A DNA stretch of 64,000 nt from assembly GCF_963921235.1 (NCBI RefSeq), contig NC_086109.1, positions 10,604,001-10,668,000 on the forward strand. The letters are read 5' to 3'. Shown one piece after another: positions 1-12,087 of the stretch. The translations under genes and the position numbers were made by a program. The notes below the pieces were generated by a model. The model was not told where the DNA came from. It searched no databases and worked only from the letters and a program-made list of their open reading frames with translations. Position 1 is the stretch's first letter. Every line of letters begins with the position of its first letter. Source of the stretch: Mobula hypostoma (Eukaryota).

Positions 1-820
1 TCCAATGTCTTATGGTCTTTGGCGCTGTTGCCATTTTCTTTATTGGGCTGCCCACCTTTCAGGCCGTGGACTCCTCAGTCAGGTCTTTGCCTTGATGCCA
101 GGGGCTGTTTATACGTTGTAGTGAGTGCAGTAAAGGTGATTTTAGTGACCTTCCCAGTTCAAAATCACCTGGATGTTGTTTGTTGTTCCTCTCTGCGCCC
201 TGCGACACCTTGGGTGGCAACCTTGCCGTTTCATTAGCATTTTTTACGAGGCTGAGTTGCTAGCTCAAATCTCACCCCAGCAAGGGATGGAAAACCTGCA
301 AGGAACCAGCTGGATTTGAACTCAGGACCACTCCCCTCGAAGTCTGGTGCGGATGCTACTACACCACCGGTTGGCTAAAAAAATCCACCGGTAATTTTCA
401 TTAATTATAGATCATAGAACATGGAGACTAAGCAGAATAACAGTTTGGCACAGACTAGATGGGCTGAAGGGCCTGCTTTGCTGCTGTGCTGCTCTATGAC
501 TATGAAACATAGAATAAGAACAGGAAGTGACCCTTCAATGCACTATCTCTGTGCTGAGCACAACACCAATTTCAGCTGTGCATCTGCCAACACATGATCT
601 ATATCTCTCCATTCTTTATCTGTGTATGTTCCTTTCTAGATGCCTCTCAAGTGTTGAGATCGGATCTGGTGTCACCACTTCCCCTGGCAATGTGTTTTAG
701 GCACCCGCCACTCTCTGCACATCTTTAAACCTTCCCCTTTTCGCCTTGATGCCGTACCTTCTGGTGTTTGGCTCCTTTCAACCTTTGCAACAAGTCTCTG
801 TCAATCTACCTCTATCTTCT

Positions 821-1908
821 GAGGCCCTCCGTTAGTCATGGATGACCATGGTTGTTGTGTGCTAGCTGTCTATGTATGCAGGCAAGCCAGGGCAGTACGG
901 TATGGACAGCAAGCTAGACTTCCCCTCTCCACGCAGGTATTGATAGAATTTGGCACCAGAGGCATCACAGGATTTGCCAACTAGCATTGAACTCAAGGCA
1001 GGACTGCCTTAGGGACTCCAGCTTCTGATATTTCCTAAGGGTTTACTCCTAAAGCCTTTCCCATGAGTGGTATAGCCGCAAGAGGCTTGAAATCAGAGTT
1101 TTCCTCCTCCCAGATGAGCTGCTAACCACTGCTGACAAGCTCATTCTGCCTGAAGCAACTGGTTTTGAGGCACCAGCAACCTGCCTTTTCCCCTTCTCCT
1201 GTCAGTCCCACCAGGCTAGTAGCTCAGCCACATGTGAGGGCCAGTAGTTGGACTTGATTGTCAGAGGCTGTTTGAGATGCACACCATTGGGAGCATTCAA
1301 TAGATTTACAGTTCTGGTCACCGAATTATAGGAAAGATGTCAACAAAATAGAGAGAGTACAGAGAAGATTTACTAGAAGAACGTTACCTGGATTTCATCA
1401 CCTAAGTTACAGAGAAAGGTTGAACAAGTTGGGTCTTTATTCTTTGGAGCGTAGGAGGTTGAAGGGGGACTTGATAGAGGTATTTAAAATTACGAGGGGG
1501 ATAGATAGAGTTGACGTGGATAGGCTTTTTCCATTGAGAGTGGGGGAGATTCAAACAAGACGACATGAGTTGAGAGTTAAAGGGCAAAAGTTTAGGGGTA
1601 ACATGAGGGGGAACTTCTTTACTCAGAGAGTGGTAGCTGTGTGGAACGAGCTTCCAGCGGAAGTGATTGAGGCAGGTTCGATGTTGTCATTTAAAGTTAA
1701 ATTGGATAGCTACATGGACAGGAAAGGAATGGAGGGATGAAAGTTATGGGCTGAGTGCAGGTCAGTGGGACTAGGTGAGAGTAAGAGTTCGGCACGGACT
1801 AGAAGGGCCGAGATGGCCTGTTTCCGTGCTGTAATTGTTATATGGTTATATGGTTATAGTGGGAGCTTATTCCCACTGCTTCCCCTGGCTATGACAACCT
1901 TAAGGAAC
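821..1908 (-). mobile_element. Non-autonomous RTE-derived (5'UTR + 3' end) element, interrupted by a CR1 insertion at 1307-1857
   Basis: Colinear with the uninterrupted copy at 57690-58250. The minus strand has the RTE-5'UTR-type motif ...GAGGAGGAAAACTCTGATTTCAAGCC and an RTE-like 3' end. Confidence 0.6.
1307..1857 (+). mobile_element. CR1-clade LINE, 5'-truncated 3' fragment (young)
   Basis: ORF 1420-1740 LGLYSLERRRLKGDLIEVFKI...FFTQRVVAVWNELP is a CR1 ORF2 C-terminus; tail (GGTTATAT)n; nearly identical to about 16026-16579. Confidence 0.9.
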
Positions 1909-1914
1909 TCTCCC

Positions 1915-2610
1915 CTGTCTATGCCCCTCATAATTGTATAAACTTCTGTCAGATCTCCCTTCAGCCTCCGACGTTTCAGAGAAACACCCTAAATTTGTCC
2001 AACCTCTCCTTGCAGCTAATGTCCTTTAATCCAGGCAACATCCTAGTTAAACTCTTCTGCACCTTCTCCAGAGATTCCACGTCCTTCCTGTAATGAGCGA
2101 CCGGAACTGCACACAATACTTCAAATGTGGCCTCTTGCAGGTTCTACAGGGCTGCACAATATTGCGCCAACCTTTTAACCTACTGTATGATCAGTCTAAC
2201 ACTCCCATCCGACATAGTCTTCCATTTTCCTTTGCCTATCTAGGAGTTTCTTAGAAGTCCCTGATGTTTCAGCCTCTACTACCATCTCCAGCAATGCATG
2301 CCAGGCAATTCCCATTCCCTGTGTAAATAAATCCTACCTTAGTCATCTCTCTAAACCTCCCTCATCCACCTGAAATGGATGTTCTCTGGTATTAGCCATT
2401 GCTGCCCTAGGGATAAAGACGCTGGCTGCCCACTCTGCATATGCCTCTTAAAATCCTGTGCACCTCTATTCAAGCCACCTTTCATCCTCCATTGCTCTAT
2501 AAGGAAAAGCTATAGCTCGCTCAACCTTTCTTCATAAGGTATTTTTTCAAATCCGGCGGCATCCTCGAAAATCTCCTCTCCACCCTTTCTAAAGTTCCTA
2601 CACACCATCA
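1915..2610 (-). mobile_element. Old CR1 LINE fragments
   Basis: Reverse complement matches the CR1 ORF2 3' region (e.g. CCCCTCATAATTGTATAAACTTCTGTCAGATCTCCCTTCAGCCTCCG); continues the fragment at about 510-815. Confidence 0.6.
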
Positions 2611-2611
2611 C

Positions 2612-2932
2612 CATTATGTGACGTGGGCGACCACGGTCCACGACCATGAATGTTCTTGGCTAATTCGACAGAAGTGGTTTGCCATTCCCACCTTCTGGGC
2701 AGTGTCTTTACAAGACGGGTGACCCCAGCCATTATCGATACTTTTCAGAGATTGTTTGCCTGGCGCCAGTGGTCGCATAACCAGGACCTGTGACAGGCAC
2801 CAGTTGCTCATGTGACCAACCACCACTTGCGCCCATGGCTTCACGCGACCCTGATTGGGGGCAGGGGGTGCTAAGCAGGTGCTACACCTTGCCCATGTGC
2901 CTTACACCTCCTTTGGTAGAGCCCCTGCATCC
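2612..2932 (-). mobile_element. RTE-tailed SINE-like element
   Basis: Reverse complement of the family at 12828-13210 and 40570-40860 (GAAGG...ATGGCAAACCACTTCTG motif). Confidence 0.65.
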
Positions 2933-2971
2933 TACCTGTAGTGAGGTGACCGGAAATGAACCCAATATTCC

Positions 2972-3418
2972 AACACAAAATACTCTGCAGATGCTGGGGT
3001 CAAAGCAACACCCTCAACACGCTGGAGGAATATCAGCAGGTCGGGCAGCATCCATGGAAACGATCAGTCAACGTTTTGGGCCGGAACCCTTCGTCAGGAC
3101 TGAAGAGGGAAGGGGCGGAGGCCATATAAAGAAGGTGGGGGGAGGGTGGGAAGGAGAAGGCTGGTAGGTTCCAGGTGAAAAACCAGTAAGGGGAAAGATA
3201 AAGGGGTGGGGGAGGGGAAGCAGGGAGGGGATAGGCAGGAAAGGTGAAGAAGGAATAGGGGAAAACACAATGGGTAGTAGAAGGAGGCAGAACCATGAGG
3301 GAGGTGATAGGCAGCTGGGGGAGGGGGCAGAGTGAAATAGGGATAGGAGAAGGGAGGGAGAGGGAATTACCGGAAGTTGGAGAATTCTATGTTCATACCA
3401 AGGGGCTGGAGACTACCC
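2972..3418 (-). mobile_element. Penelope-like element 3' fragment/pLTR
   Basis: End of the GIY-YIG coding region (GSLQPLGMNIEFSNFR), pyrimidine-rich UTR, and a hammerhead-like motif at 3066-3101. Confidence 0.8.
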
Positions 3419-4024
3419 AATATTCCAGGGGTGGTCCAGCCAGAGTTTTATGAAGCTGCAACAATACCTCACGGCTCTTGGACTCAATCCGCCGACTATT
3501 GAAGGCCAAAGCACCGTACGCCTTCTTAAGCTCCTTGTACTAACATTACACGCTGCTGCACAATCACAAGCAAAATCAAGGTCCCTGTGAGGGGGTGGGG
3601 AGGGCAGAGTAATGAGATTGCTCCCTCCTTTGTAGGTTTTACAAGCAAGTTGTCACTGGCAAATAAGCAGGTTAGGATAATTGCAGTTAGTGGCCTTGTA
3701 GATAAAACTACTTTATCTCTCTTCAATCTCCCAGCCAAGTGTTTACCATCCCTCCTCTGATTTAATTGTATTCAAGGCTAGCACTGTAGACTTCCTCTGC
3801 AAGACGAACACTCATTCGCCCTTCAGAAGGGTGATGGTGAGACCCTTCTCAGAACAGAATGTACAACCTGCAGAGTCATGTTACAGCTCACGTCCTTGGT
3901 GTTATCCTTTTACTTGCAGCTTGTTTTCTTTTGTTTGTCAGTCTTTGCTTATGTATAGCTTTCCTAAAATCGATTGTTATTTCTTTTTTCCTTGTAATGG
4001 CCCGCAACAATGTGGATCTCAAGG

Positions 4025-4310
4025 TGCATTAGTGCAGGGCTTTACAGCGCTGGCGACCACTGATTGGGGTCCAATTCCCGCCGCAGCGGGTACGGAGTTT
4101 ATGCGTTCTCCCCATGGACACTTGGTTTCCACCGGATGCTCCCACATTCCAAAGGCGTACTAGTTAGGGTTAGTAAGCTGCGGACGTGCCATGTTAACGC
4201 CAGACGCTTGCTGGTGGACCCCAGCGCAATCATCGGACTGTGCTGGTCGTTGACTCAAGAGATGTAGTTCACTGCGGGTTTCGTCGTTTTGATGTATGTG
4301 TGGCAAATGA
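4025..4310 (+). mobile_element. tRNA-derived V-SINE (HE1-like)
   Basis: B-box-like GGTCCAATTCC and V-domain-like GGTTTCCACCGGATGCTCCCACATTCCAAAG. Confidence 0.6.
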
Positions 4311-4939
4311 AGTGGATCCCTCCACCTTCTCCTTCTTATGTTCATGGTAACATATGCATACTTTGATAGTAAAAGTACTTCGAACTTCGTTATGAAGCAC
4401 AGCCGTCTGTATGGTACAGGTGGTTAAACCCTGTTCCAGTGCCGTGGATTCAGGAGCCCGAGCTGGTGTCTGGCTCTGAGCTGGGGCTCTGTATGACTTG
4501 AAACCACACACCCCGCAAGATAAACTGCAGGTGATGAAGATCTGAAATAAAATCCAAACAAGCTGGAAAGACTTCGCAAGCTAGGCAGTGGTTGCGGAGA
4601 TCTTTGCCCTGAAATTTTTAACTCCGTTTCTCTCTCCCTGCAGGCTGCCCGACCTGCTGGTGCTTCTTGCATTTGCTGGTTGTGTGAGTTAACACGTTAG
4701 CTGTTCCCATATCCTGTCATTCTGGGACAAGTCTGCGTTTGTACCAAGGGATTCTGCAGGTGCTAGAAATCCGGAGTGACACACACAAAATGCTGGAGGA
4801 ACTCAGCAGGTCAGGCAGCATCCATGGAGGGGGAAAAGAAGCATCGATGAGAGACAATCTCCGAAGTATTTGTGCCGAGCTGTGCATGTGTACAGAGAGC
4901 GCGTGTGTGACAAAACTGCAAAGAGTCATTTGTGTTTGT

Positions 4940-5427
4940 GGACAGGGTCCAGAGGAGATTCATGAAGGGTAGACATAGGAAGAGGGTTTGATGACTCTGG
5001 GCATGTACTTGCTGCAGTTTAGAAGAATGAAGGGGGATCTCATTAAGACCTGTTGAATATTGAATATTGAAAGGCCTAGATAGAGTGGATGTGGTGAGGA
5101 TGTTTCCTATAGTGAGGGAGTCTAGGAGCAGAGGGCACACCCTCAGAATACAAGGATGTCCTTTTAAATCAGAAATGAGGAGGAATTATTTTAGCTCGAT
5201 GGTGGTAAGTCTATGGAATTCATTGCCACAGTCAGCTGTGGAGGCCAGCTTTTTGGGTATATTTAAAATAGAGGTTTGATAGGTTCTTGATTAGTCAGGG
5301 TGTCAAAGGTTATGGGGAAAAGGCAGGAGAATGGAGTTGAGAGGGAAAATAAATCAGCCAAGAAGGAATGATGGGTCAGAGTCAATGGGCTGAATAGTCT
5401 CGTTCTGCTCCTGTGTTATATGGTCTT
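4940..5427 (+). mobile_element. CR1 LINE 3' fragment
   Basis: ORF 5067-5279 KGLDRVDVVRMFP...SRGH...WNSLP; CR1-type tail TATGGTCTTA. Confidence 0.8.
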
Positions 5428-6094
5428 ACGTTTCTGTCCATGTCTGTGCATGCATGTACATGAGGCTAAAATCAAGCAGGTATGTGCTTTCATCCATGTT
5501 TGTATGCGCTGTGTCCATCTGTGTGTGGTTCCTGTGAGTCTGTGTATGTGTGTCTATATGTACATATCTGCAAACTGTGTAACAGAGTTTGATCTCCACT
5601 TATCTTGGACTTGCTTGCCATCGGACCAAGGCTTCACCCTATTGAGTCTTTATGATGTTGTGTAGATGACCACCCAGCATTAAACAAAGATCACCCTCAG
5701 CAGTTGTCCAGACGTGGAAAGTGATGATCCCCGAGGCCACTGGCAAAATTAAGTCCTTCCGAGTGGTGGAGGTCAGGCACCCTCCTGCTGTGGAGCCCTT
5801 GGCAGCCTTGCTAGAGTGCATCTTGTCGATGGACCACACCTGGTTTCTCCCTGCTCGCTGCAGAAGGGCAAGATAAAGCATACAATCTTGCCACTGTTTA
5901 AAATCACATTTCACAAAAGGCTTTTGTATTTAGCAGCTGCTTTGTGAAGATCTGGGCAATACTCCAACAATATAACGCTAACATTGTACAGAGGCTTATG
6001 TCTTGTTTCGTACGTTGCACATTTCGAAGGTTTACAGCCAGTTTCCCAGTGGCCTTGTTGAACGTACACTCCTGCTCTTCTGCTGCCGTAGTAC

Positions 6095-7190
6095 ACCCAC
6101 TTTAAGGTTCAACATGTAGTGCTCTCAGAGATACTCTTCTACACACCACTGTTGTAACGCGTGGTTTTTTGATTTACTGTTGCCTTCCTGTCAGATTGAA
6201 CAAGTCTGGCTGTTCTCTTCTGACCTCTCTCATTAACGCAGCATTTTTACCCACAGAACTGCCGCTCGCTGGATCTGTTTTTGTGTTTTTCACACCATTC
6301 TCTATAAACTCTAGAGACTGTAGCGTGTGAAAATCCTGGGAGACCAGCAGTTTCTGAGGTACTTAAACCACCACATGTGGCACCAACAAACATACTACTG
6401 TTGAAGGGTCTTGGCCCGAAATGTTCATTGTATTCTTTTCCATTGACGCTGTCTGGCCTGCTGAGTTCCTCCAGCATTTTGTGTGTGTTATTACCATCAA
6501 AGTCACTTAGATCACATTTCTTCCCTTAGCACCAGTTTGTTGTGTATTTAATATTTAAGTAATATTTGAGTAATCTTGTATATTTATTCATATGAATTAA
6601 ATCTATAAATATGTGAATTACATATATCATCAGGGGCATCTGTTAGTCTTGCGAGACCATGGATCTGCGCCTGGAAAGTCTTCACTCCCCAGGGCGCAGG
6701 CCTGGGCAAGGTTGTATGGAAGACCAGCAGTTGCCCATGCTGCGAGTCTCCCCTCTCCACGACACCAATGTTGTCCAAGGGAAGGGCATTAGGACCCATA
6801 CAGCTTGGCACCAGTGTCATCGCAGAGCAATGTGTGATTAAGTGCCTTGCTCAAGGACACAACACGTTGCCTCGGCTGGGGCTCGAACTCACGACCTTCA
6901 GGTCGCTAGTCCAATGCCTTAACCACTTGGCCACGTGCCCACATGTCATCACACTACCACATAATACATGCATGTCTTGCTTAAAGTAAACACGAAGTTA
7001 GACCCACATTCCCGGTCTCCCAAGTCTTCCTCTGAATTAGTTTAATGTTTTGAAGTTATAAACCATATCACAACTGGACCTCTTGACCATGCCTGCATGC
7101 TTTTATGCATTGAGTTGCTGCCATATGATTGGCTGATTAGATATTTGCATTAACGAGCAGGTGTATCTAATAAAGTAGCCACAGAGTGTA
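6095..7190 (-). mobile_element. Tc1/mariner-derived non-autonomous element, with nested insertions
   Basis: Translation GLSTSETAGLPGFSHATVSRVYREWCEK...SERQFCG resembles a Tc1 transposase N-terminal HTH; ends in TIR-like ...AATAAAGTAGCCACAGAGTG+TA; homologous to 35670-36210. Confidence 0.7.
6626..6942 (-). mobile_element. tRNA-derived SINE with RTE-like 3' end
   Basis: Minus strand GGGCACGTGGCCAAGTGGTTAAGGC (A box)...GAGTTCGAGCCCC (B box); 3' end CCATGGTCTCGCAAGACTAACAGATGCC. Confidence 0.75.
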
Positions 7191-7744
7191 TACACTTTGT
7201 GGCCAATAACATTGTAAAATGTAGTTGAATTATTTTGTTGGTGTTAAAATTATCTTGGTGTTCCTGGCTCTCCACAACAGGGCATTAACCAAAGCCAGAG
7301 GAAGGAGCGGGTAGGCCACTGAGTCTCAGCCTCTCTACTCAAATCCATCCCAATTGATCTGTGTCTAAGCTTCATCTTATTTCCTATCACTGGGCTAACT
7401 AAAAGCCATGACTCTGGAAATGATTTCCAGGGGCAGCTGTTTATTGTGTGTGTGTGTGTATTTGGAGTGTTTGGGAAGCTCAGAGAGTATTTCCAATATA
7501 CTTTATTTTTAAAAAAGTTCTGCCTTCCGTCAGTCTTGGGTTGCCCTGTTCTGATCTTGCTATGTCCCCCTTGCTCTGGGCTCCTAGTCACCAGAAATAG
7601 TGTCTCTGTGTTGACCGTTCCCAGTCATTTATTCTTTCCAGAATGTCGATTCTCTTTCCCCTTAATCAGAGCTGCTACACAATCATTGTGCCTTCAGAAT
7701 TGTGGTAGGTTCAGGTCCTTGCTTAGGCAGGAGTCCATCCTGGC

Positions 7745-8395
7745 CATCACCAACCTCCCAAAGCACTTCATTACAGTAGACATGAGTGCAAATGGGCAAT
7801 AGTCATTGCTCTTGGCCACCGGTATGATTGTCGCCCTTTTGAAGCAGGTGGAACCTCCGACTGCAGCAGTGAGAGACTAAAGACATCCTTGAATACTCCC
7901 GCCAGCTGGTTGGCACAGGTCTTCAGGGTCCTACCAGGTACACCATCGGGTCCTGACACCTTGTAAGGGTTCACCCTCTTGAAGGATGTTCTGACGTCAG
8001 CTCTGAGACAGGTATCATGGGGTCGTCAGGTGCTGCAGGGATACACACAGATATAGTTTTATTCTCCCTTTGGAAGTGTGCACACAAGAAACATTGAGTT
8101 CATCTGGGAGCAAAGCATCATAGTGATTTGTGATCTATGGTTTTGCCTTGTAGGAAGTAGTGGGTTGCAAACCCTGCCAAAACCAACGCACATCTGATTC
8201 CATCTCTATTTTCAATCGGATTGCTTTTTTGCTCCTAAAAGAGCCTTCTGTAGGTTGTACCTGGAACTCTTGTACAGTTCTGGATCACTGGTCTCAAACA
8301 CCACAGATCTAAGCCCTCAGCAGACTGCGAATCTCCTGGTTCATCCACAGCTTCTGATCTGGGCATGTCTGGTATGTTCCCAAAGGCACAATAAA
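7745..8395 (-). mobile_element. Rex1/Babar LINE ORF2 fragment (degraded)
   Basis: Peptides NPYKVSGPDGVPGRTLKTCANQLAGVFKDVFSLSLLQSEVP and QKLWMNQEIRSLLRA. Confidence 0.75.
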
Positions 8396-9235
8396 GACAT
8401 ATCGGTACTGATGAAGGGTCTCGGGCCAAAACATTGGCTGTTTACTCCTCTCCATAGATGCTGGCTGACCTGCAGAGGTCCTCCAGTATTTTGTGTGTGT
8501 GTTACTCTGGATTTCCGGCATCTGCAGAATATCTTGCGTTTCCAATACAGTATTAATATAGTCCATTTCACTGAGTATTATCTCTGCCCTGTTAATACAT
8601 GAAAATACCTATCACAGCTTTGATAATCAGGCCCCTTTGGGTCTCTGCAGATCTTAAATTGGAAAATGTGTTTATTATTGTCAAATGTACAGATGTATAA
8701 TGAAAAATCTTTATTTTCTGTGCTGTCCATTCAAGTCATTTCAGCACATGAAAGTATTGAGGTAAAACAATGGAAAGCAGTAACAAAACTCAGAATAAAG
8801 TATTACCATTACAGAGAAGATGCAGTGTTGGCGGACGATAAGGTGTAAGGCCATACCAAGGTAGATTATGAGGTCAAGAGTCCAACTTGTTGTATTAAGA
8901 GACCATTCAATGGTCTTATAACATCACGATAGAAGTTATCCATGAGCCTGGTGGTATGTGCTTTCAGGCTTTTGTATCATCTGCCTGACGGGCATGGGGA
9001 GAAGAGAGAACATCCGGGGTGGGAAAGGTCTTTGATTATGCTGATCGCTTTACAAAGGCAGCATTAAGTATAGAGCCCATAGAAGGGAAATGATATACTG
9101 GGTTGTGTCCATAGCTCTTTAGATTTTCCAAACCACTGGATGTTACTTCTGTTAAGACTTAAACGTGCTTCTGTTTCGCTGTTTTATTATATTATGCACA
9201 GTTTCGCTGGACCTTGGCTTCAGCTGCAAACTTAC

Positions 9236-9330
9236 CCAGGTACCTGAGCCCTGAGCGGGGTCCCACCCCAAACCTGCACTCTTGCTCACACTTAGGACTA
9301 CCCAGTCAGCAAACTGCTCCCTTAACTGGC
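9236..9330 (-). other. Candidate spliced exon (95 bp)
   Basis: Acceptor TTTTTCTTTTAACAG, donor TGG|GTAAGT; non-repeat sequence; one open frame (G)QLREQFADWVVLSVSKSAGLGWDPAQGSGTW. Confidence 0.3.
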
Positions 9331-9866
9331 CTGTTAAAAGAAAAACTTCACACCATCTTAAAAGTTTCTTCCCCCAGGCAGAATGTCTGATCAACTATTC
9401 CAGTTAACTCCCGCCCAACCCTTCTATTTAATCCCTCTGTCACTGCTCTGTAAATACTTCAAAACACTTTTTAATGCTGCTTTCATTGTAAATGCAATAT
9501 TATATTCATGTATTCATGCACATTTTATTCCATATCTGTACTTTAACCTCTAAGTTTGTTTTTGTATAATTTTTACAATTTTTATAATTGTTGAATGTTG
9601 CTTTTTGCTGCATGCTGTGCCAACCACAGCAAATTCCTAATACATGTAAATGTATTTGGTGAGTAAAGTTCATCCTTCAGCTAATGAGTGAGCTGGACGC
9701 CAAGCAATCAGATGCCAGATTATGGAGATTTTATTACATTGCAGCCAGCGAACAATTTTTACAGAACGCTAACAAACCACTGTAAGCATAAATATTTGTC
9801 ATCATATTGGTTCCACTGAAAACACGTAACATAAACTTCCTGTTATTGATATCAAATTCCACTTAC

Positions 9867-9975
9867 CTGGAGACCTGCCTCTACCACTCATCCACTTCAG
9901 TGGTCACGGAATGGCTTCCCTAAGTAGGTAAGAATTTGGCTTGTACAAACAGGCATTGCTACTTTTAGTATTTAA
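9867..9975 (-). other. Candidate spliced exon (109 bp) with ATG at 9891
   Basis: Acceptor TTTTTCTTTGCAG, donor CAG|GTAAGT; MSGRGRSP+1 nt is phase-compatible with the exon at 9236-9330. Confidence 0.3.
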
Positions 9976-10199
9976 CTGCAAAGAAAAATCTATCTCTCTT
10001 TGCTCTCTGTGTTCATCTGAACTGCACGGTCTCAACCTAACATGTCAACAATTGCTATCTGTCCCCACAGGTGATGTTTGACCTGCTGAGTTCCTCCAAC
10101 AGATTGAAAGACCATTGAGTCTGCTCTGCTGTTCGGTAATGGCTGATTTTCCTCATCCCCCATAACCCCTAAACCCTTGCCAATCAAGAACCTAAAAAA

Positions 10200-10482
10200 C
10201 ACGGGAGTAGAGTGGTCAGCACAACACAGGTGACCCAGGTTCAATTCCTGATGCAGAATAAAGAGTTTGCAGCTTCTCCCCATAACTATGTGGGTTTCCT
10301 TCCGGTGCTCCGATTTCCTACGAGTGCTCCAGTTTCCTCCCACAGTCCCAAAGCATATAGGTTGGTAGGTTAATTGGTCATTGTACCTTGTCCCGTGATT
10401 AGGCTAGGATTAAATTGGTGGGTTATTGGTGGTTCGAAGGTCCAGGAGGGCCTGCTCCATGCTGTATCTCAATAAATAAATA
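10200..10482 (+). mobile_element. tRNA-derived V-SINE
   Basis: GGTTCAATTCC B box, V-domain GTGGGTTTCCTTCCGGTGCTCCGATTTCC, (AATA)n tail. Confidence 0.75.
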
Positions 10483-10859
10483 AACTAATGTTGGATTAGA
10501 GTGTAGAGTTGTTATTTTTTTAGTATTTTTCTCATAGTTTAACTTTATTATGCTTGCTTATAATTTTTATATAATTACCTTTACACATGTAATTGTTCAG
10601 TGAATTTTCTAGTAATTGTAGTATGGAATCTCTGAGTTCTTCTGCAGCAGGTGTCACGCCACTTGAAGCTGGCTACTTTATTGGATAATTGTTATCACTC
10701 CAACGTTGTTACCTCTAGTCTGAGTATGAGATGATCATGACTTCTTTTTCTTTGTTTATTCTTTGTCCTTGTAACGCTTATTAAAATGGCAGTAACCACC
10801 AAGTTTTATGCCTCATTCTCAACCTCCCAAACAACTCTGGATCAATATCACCAGATCCA

Positions 10860-11075
10860 ACACTGCCTTAAATATACCAAATGACTCAGCCTCCATAGCC
10901 CTCTGTAGCAATGAATCCCACACATTTCCCACCCGCTGGCTGAAGAAAGTCCTCCTCATCTCAGTTTTAAAAGGATGTTCCTTTATTCTGAGTCTGTGCT
11001 CTTGTATCCTAGACTCACCCATTATAGGAAACATCCTCTCCACACCCACCCTATCCAGGTCTTTCAGTATCTGGT
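10860..11075 (-). mobile_element. CR1 LINE fragment
   Basis: Peptide LKDLDRVGVERMFP...FFSQRVGNVWDSL. Confidence 0.7.
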
Positions 11076-11253
11076 AGCTTTCAAAGTTCAAAAACTTATT
11101 ATCAAAGTACATATACTGTATGTCACCATATACAACCCTGAGATGCATTTTTCTGTATGCATACTCAATAAATTCAGTAACCATAATAGAATCAAAGACC
11201 ACACTGGACAACTCTGTAAAGTGCTGAGATAAAATGGCCTTCCCTGTGTGGGA

Positions 11254-11949
11254 TTAGATTAGATTAGATTAGATTATGAGGACATGCAGTCCTCTTTTAT
11301 TGTCATTTAGTAATGCATGCATTAAGAAATGATACAATGTTCCTCCAGAATGATATCACAGAAACACAAGACAAACCAAGACTAAAAAAACTGACAAAAA
11401 CTACTTAATTATAACATATAGCTACAACAGTGCAAAGCAATACCATAATTTGATAAAGAAGAGGCAGACCACGGGCACAGTAAAAAAAAAGTCTCAAAGT
11501 CTCTCGAAAGTCCCATCATCTCACGCAGACGGTAGAAGGAAGAGAAACTCTCTTCCTGCCATGAACCTCCAGCGCCGCAAACCTGCCGATGCAGCACCCT
11601 GGAAGCACCCGACCATAGCCGACTCTTGAGTCCGTCCGAAAACTTCGACCCTCCGACCAGCCCTCCGACATCGAGCACCAAGCACCATCTCTGCTGAGCG
11701 CTTTGACCCCAGCCCCGGCAACAGGCAATAGGCAAAGCCGAGGATTTGGGCCTTCCCCTCTGGAGATTCTCGATTGCACAGTAGTAGCGGCAGCGAAGCA
11801 GGCATTTCAGAAGTTTCTCCAGATGCTCCTCCGTGCTTCTCATGTCTGTCTCCATCAAATCAGGATTGTGCATGGTACCTACTCAACAAATACGACATCA
11901 TTTCGAAGCGGCTGCGCACGCTGCATCGCGCCGCCATCTTCTCCTCCCC
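11254..11949 (-). mobile_element. Young ~690-bp non-autonomous retroelement with Rex1/Babar-type 3' end (copy 1)
   Basis: High similarity to 44794-45412 and 54460-55118; 5' GGAGAAGATGGCGGCG; 3' AATGACAATAAA...(TCTAA)n tail. Confidence 0.8.
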
Positions 11950-12087
11950 AACTTATGATGTTCCATTCATAAGTACGATGGAGGAGTCCAGCCATCTTCA
12001 TTCTTGAAAATATACTGACTGGAAAATGCTCCTTGAAAGTAAACCTCCGGTCCCAGTTGAGAGGATAATAGTCCAAATTAATTTTGA

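Noticed and set aside
5660..5870. Possible third minus-strand exon (acceptor near 5860)
   Set aside because: The sequence resembles an ancient LINE fragment (ACAAGATGCACTCTAGCAA), and there is no good donor.
6870..6942. tRNA gene (minus strand)
   Set aside because: A and B boxes are present but it continues into a SINE body and tail; it is a SINE head.
6538..7072. Solo LTR (TG...CA) nested in the Tc1 element; a similar piece at 53145-53345
   Set aside because: No clear TSD or partner LTR; too weak to call.
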